Below are positions 62,171 through 64,000 of a stretch of DNA of 64,000 nt, one piece after another. Source of the DNA: Mobula hypostoma (Eukaryota). Where the stretch lies: the NCBI RefSeq assembly GCF_963921235.1, contig NC_086104.1:121396001-121460000 (forward strand), written 5' to 3'. Position 1 is the first letter of the stretch, and every line of letters starts with the position of its first letter. The notes beneath the pieces are model-generated. The model saw only the letters and a list, made by a program, of their open reading frames with translations, was not told the origin of the DNA and ran no database searches. Made by a program: the position numbers and the translations under genes.

Positions 62171-64000
62171 AAATGATTACACTTTATAACTCTTACTTTG
62201 ACTATGTAGATTGTAAAGGAACAAAATAAGAACTGTTTAACTATTTCAAAAAGAAGAAAACGGCGCCATTATTATAAACCAGTTCGTGCACACATCGTTG
62301 GAGCTCTTACAGAACCGGGTCCGTCTTCCTCCAGTCGATGACCTCCGAACTCTGCCGACCCACAAATGGGACCACCCTCGGTGATCGACCAAACGCTTTA
62401 CTCGAGTCTGTCCTCGTCTCCTCTCCTCGCCGAAGACCCTGGGCCTCGGACTCCCGCTCGGGGCCCGTTCCGTCTCCCAGCTTACAGCATCGCGTCTCCT
62501 CTCTCTGTCCCCATTCGCCTTCAGCCAAAGCCCTCTAAGACAATAGCTCACAGACACCATTATTAGCCTTAGCAGTAACATAAAAGAAGAACCCCCTTAC
62601 ATATAAAAACAAGGATATAATTCTCAGGCTTTCTAAGGCACTGGTAAAGTTTCACTTGGAGTATTCAGAGCAATTTTGGGCTCCTTATCTGAGAAAGGAT
62701 CTTATTGAATCCTATCAAATGTTGAAACGATACAGTGGATGTGGAGAGGATGTTTCTTGTAGTTAGGAAGTCTAGAACCAGAGGACACAACCTCAGATGT
62801 CAACTGTTAAAGGAAATCATGATGAACTTCTTTAGCCAGAGGGTGATGAATCTATGGAGGCCAGGTCATTGTGTGTATGTAAGGTGTTGGTTCATAGATT
62901 ATTGATAAGTCAGGATGTGAAAGGTTATGGGAAGAATTCAAGAAAAAGGAGTTGAGAGGGAAATGGATCAACCACGATCAAATGGCAGAGCAGACGTTAT
63001 AGACTGAATGGCCTAATTTGTTCCTCTGTCTTATTGTCTAAATCGCCTTGCTCACCACGCCCTCTTCTCAATACTGTCATCAGGGAGGAGGCACCGGAGA
63101 CTGGGAACGCACTCTCATCATGGACAGCATGGTAGCATATCAGATAGCAGGTCACTCTTACAGAGCCAGCGACCCAGGTTCGATTCCCAGCACCGTCTGC
63201 AAGGACTGTGTATGTTCTCACCATCACCACATGGCATCCGACGGGTGCTCAGGTTTCTGGTTTCCTCCCGCATTTCAAAAGACACAGATTTTGCAGGGAG
63301 TAACAAGCAGTGCAGGTTTGCCCATTTGGAAGGGCCTGTTACTCTGCTTCATATCTCAATAATAGTTTTTCTAAAGTATTTTCAGAACAACTTCCACCAG
63401 TTCACCATCAGATTTCTGAATGGTCTGTGACCTATGAACACTACCTCACTGATTTGCTCTAATTTGCACAATTTATTTTTTGCCCTTTATATACAGTGTC
63501 TATAAAAAGCACTCACCCCACTGCACCCCGCCCCCCGCACATGTAATTGGTGACAAAGGTGCATCTACTAAATACTGACTTGAAGGGGGTGAATTCTTAT
63601 GCGGTCAATTACTGTGTGTTTTATATTTGGAATTCATGTAGATCACTTTGTAGAGATCTGTTTTCACTTTGACATGAAAGAGTCCTTTTCTCATGATCAG
63701 CGTCAAAAAAGCCAAATTAAGTCCCCTCCGATTTGATTATGTAAAACAATAAAACATGAAAACCTCCAAGTAGGGTGAGTACTTTTTATAGGCACTCTAA
63801 CTTTCCCCTGAACCACTGATTGGAAACAACAAATTTCACAACATATATCAGTGATAATAAACTTTATCTGATTCTGAACTTCTACAAGTGTCATTGTTTA
63901 TTTTGATATAAATTGCATATTGGTCTGTCTGATCTATAAAATACTCCATGGCCCTGACATTTTTGTCTACGTCCCGCCCTGGGGACTTAACCGCCCTTAA

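Larger units (their letters stand above)
61569..62601 (-). mobile_element. Gypsy 5' LTR interrupted by a 517-bp insertion
   Basis: Reverse complement of 55209-55806, split at aaatgattac. Confidence 0.8.

Overview
Vertebrate genomic DNA, most likely from a cartilaginous fish (inferred from the CR1/Penelope/Rex1/L1/Gypsy/hAT/Tc1 repeat mix). Most of the window is nested, decayed transposable elements, with several direct and inverted segmental duplications. Reading splice sites reveals immune-receptor genes that the ORF track fragments or misses. (1) A complete spliced gene on + (leader 44138-44186, V exon 45161-45520, V exon 46702-47061, TM/tail exon 47314-47468; 307 aa). It encodes an NKp30/CD28-like receptor with two V domains carrying a germline J-like GNGT motif and a Lys in the transmembrane helix. 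(2) An inverted paralog on - (leader 3667-3712, V 797-1156) whose V exon looks chimeric. (3) A decayed fourth V exon at about 42680-42953. (4) An unrelated six-exon, single-Ig-domain type I membrane gene on + (20424-23471; 231 aa). RNA-level features: a 517-bp insertion with a 10-bp TSD that starts at a predicted HDV-like self-cleaving ribozyme (61654-61831), and minimal hammerhead motifs in Penelope termini. There is one assembly gap (44200-44334). No rRNA, true tRNA or CRISPR array was seen.
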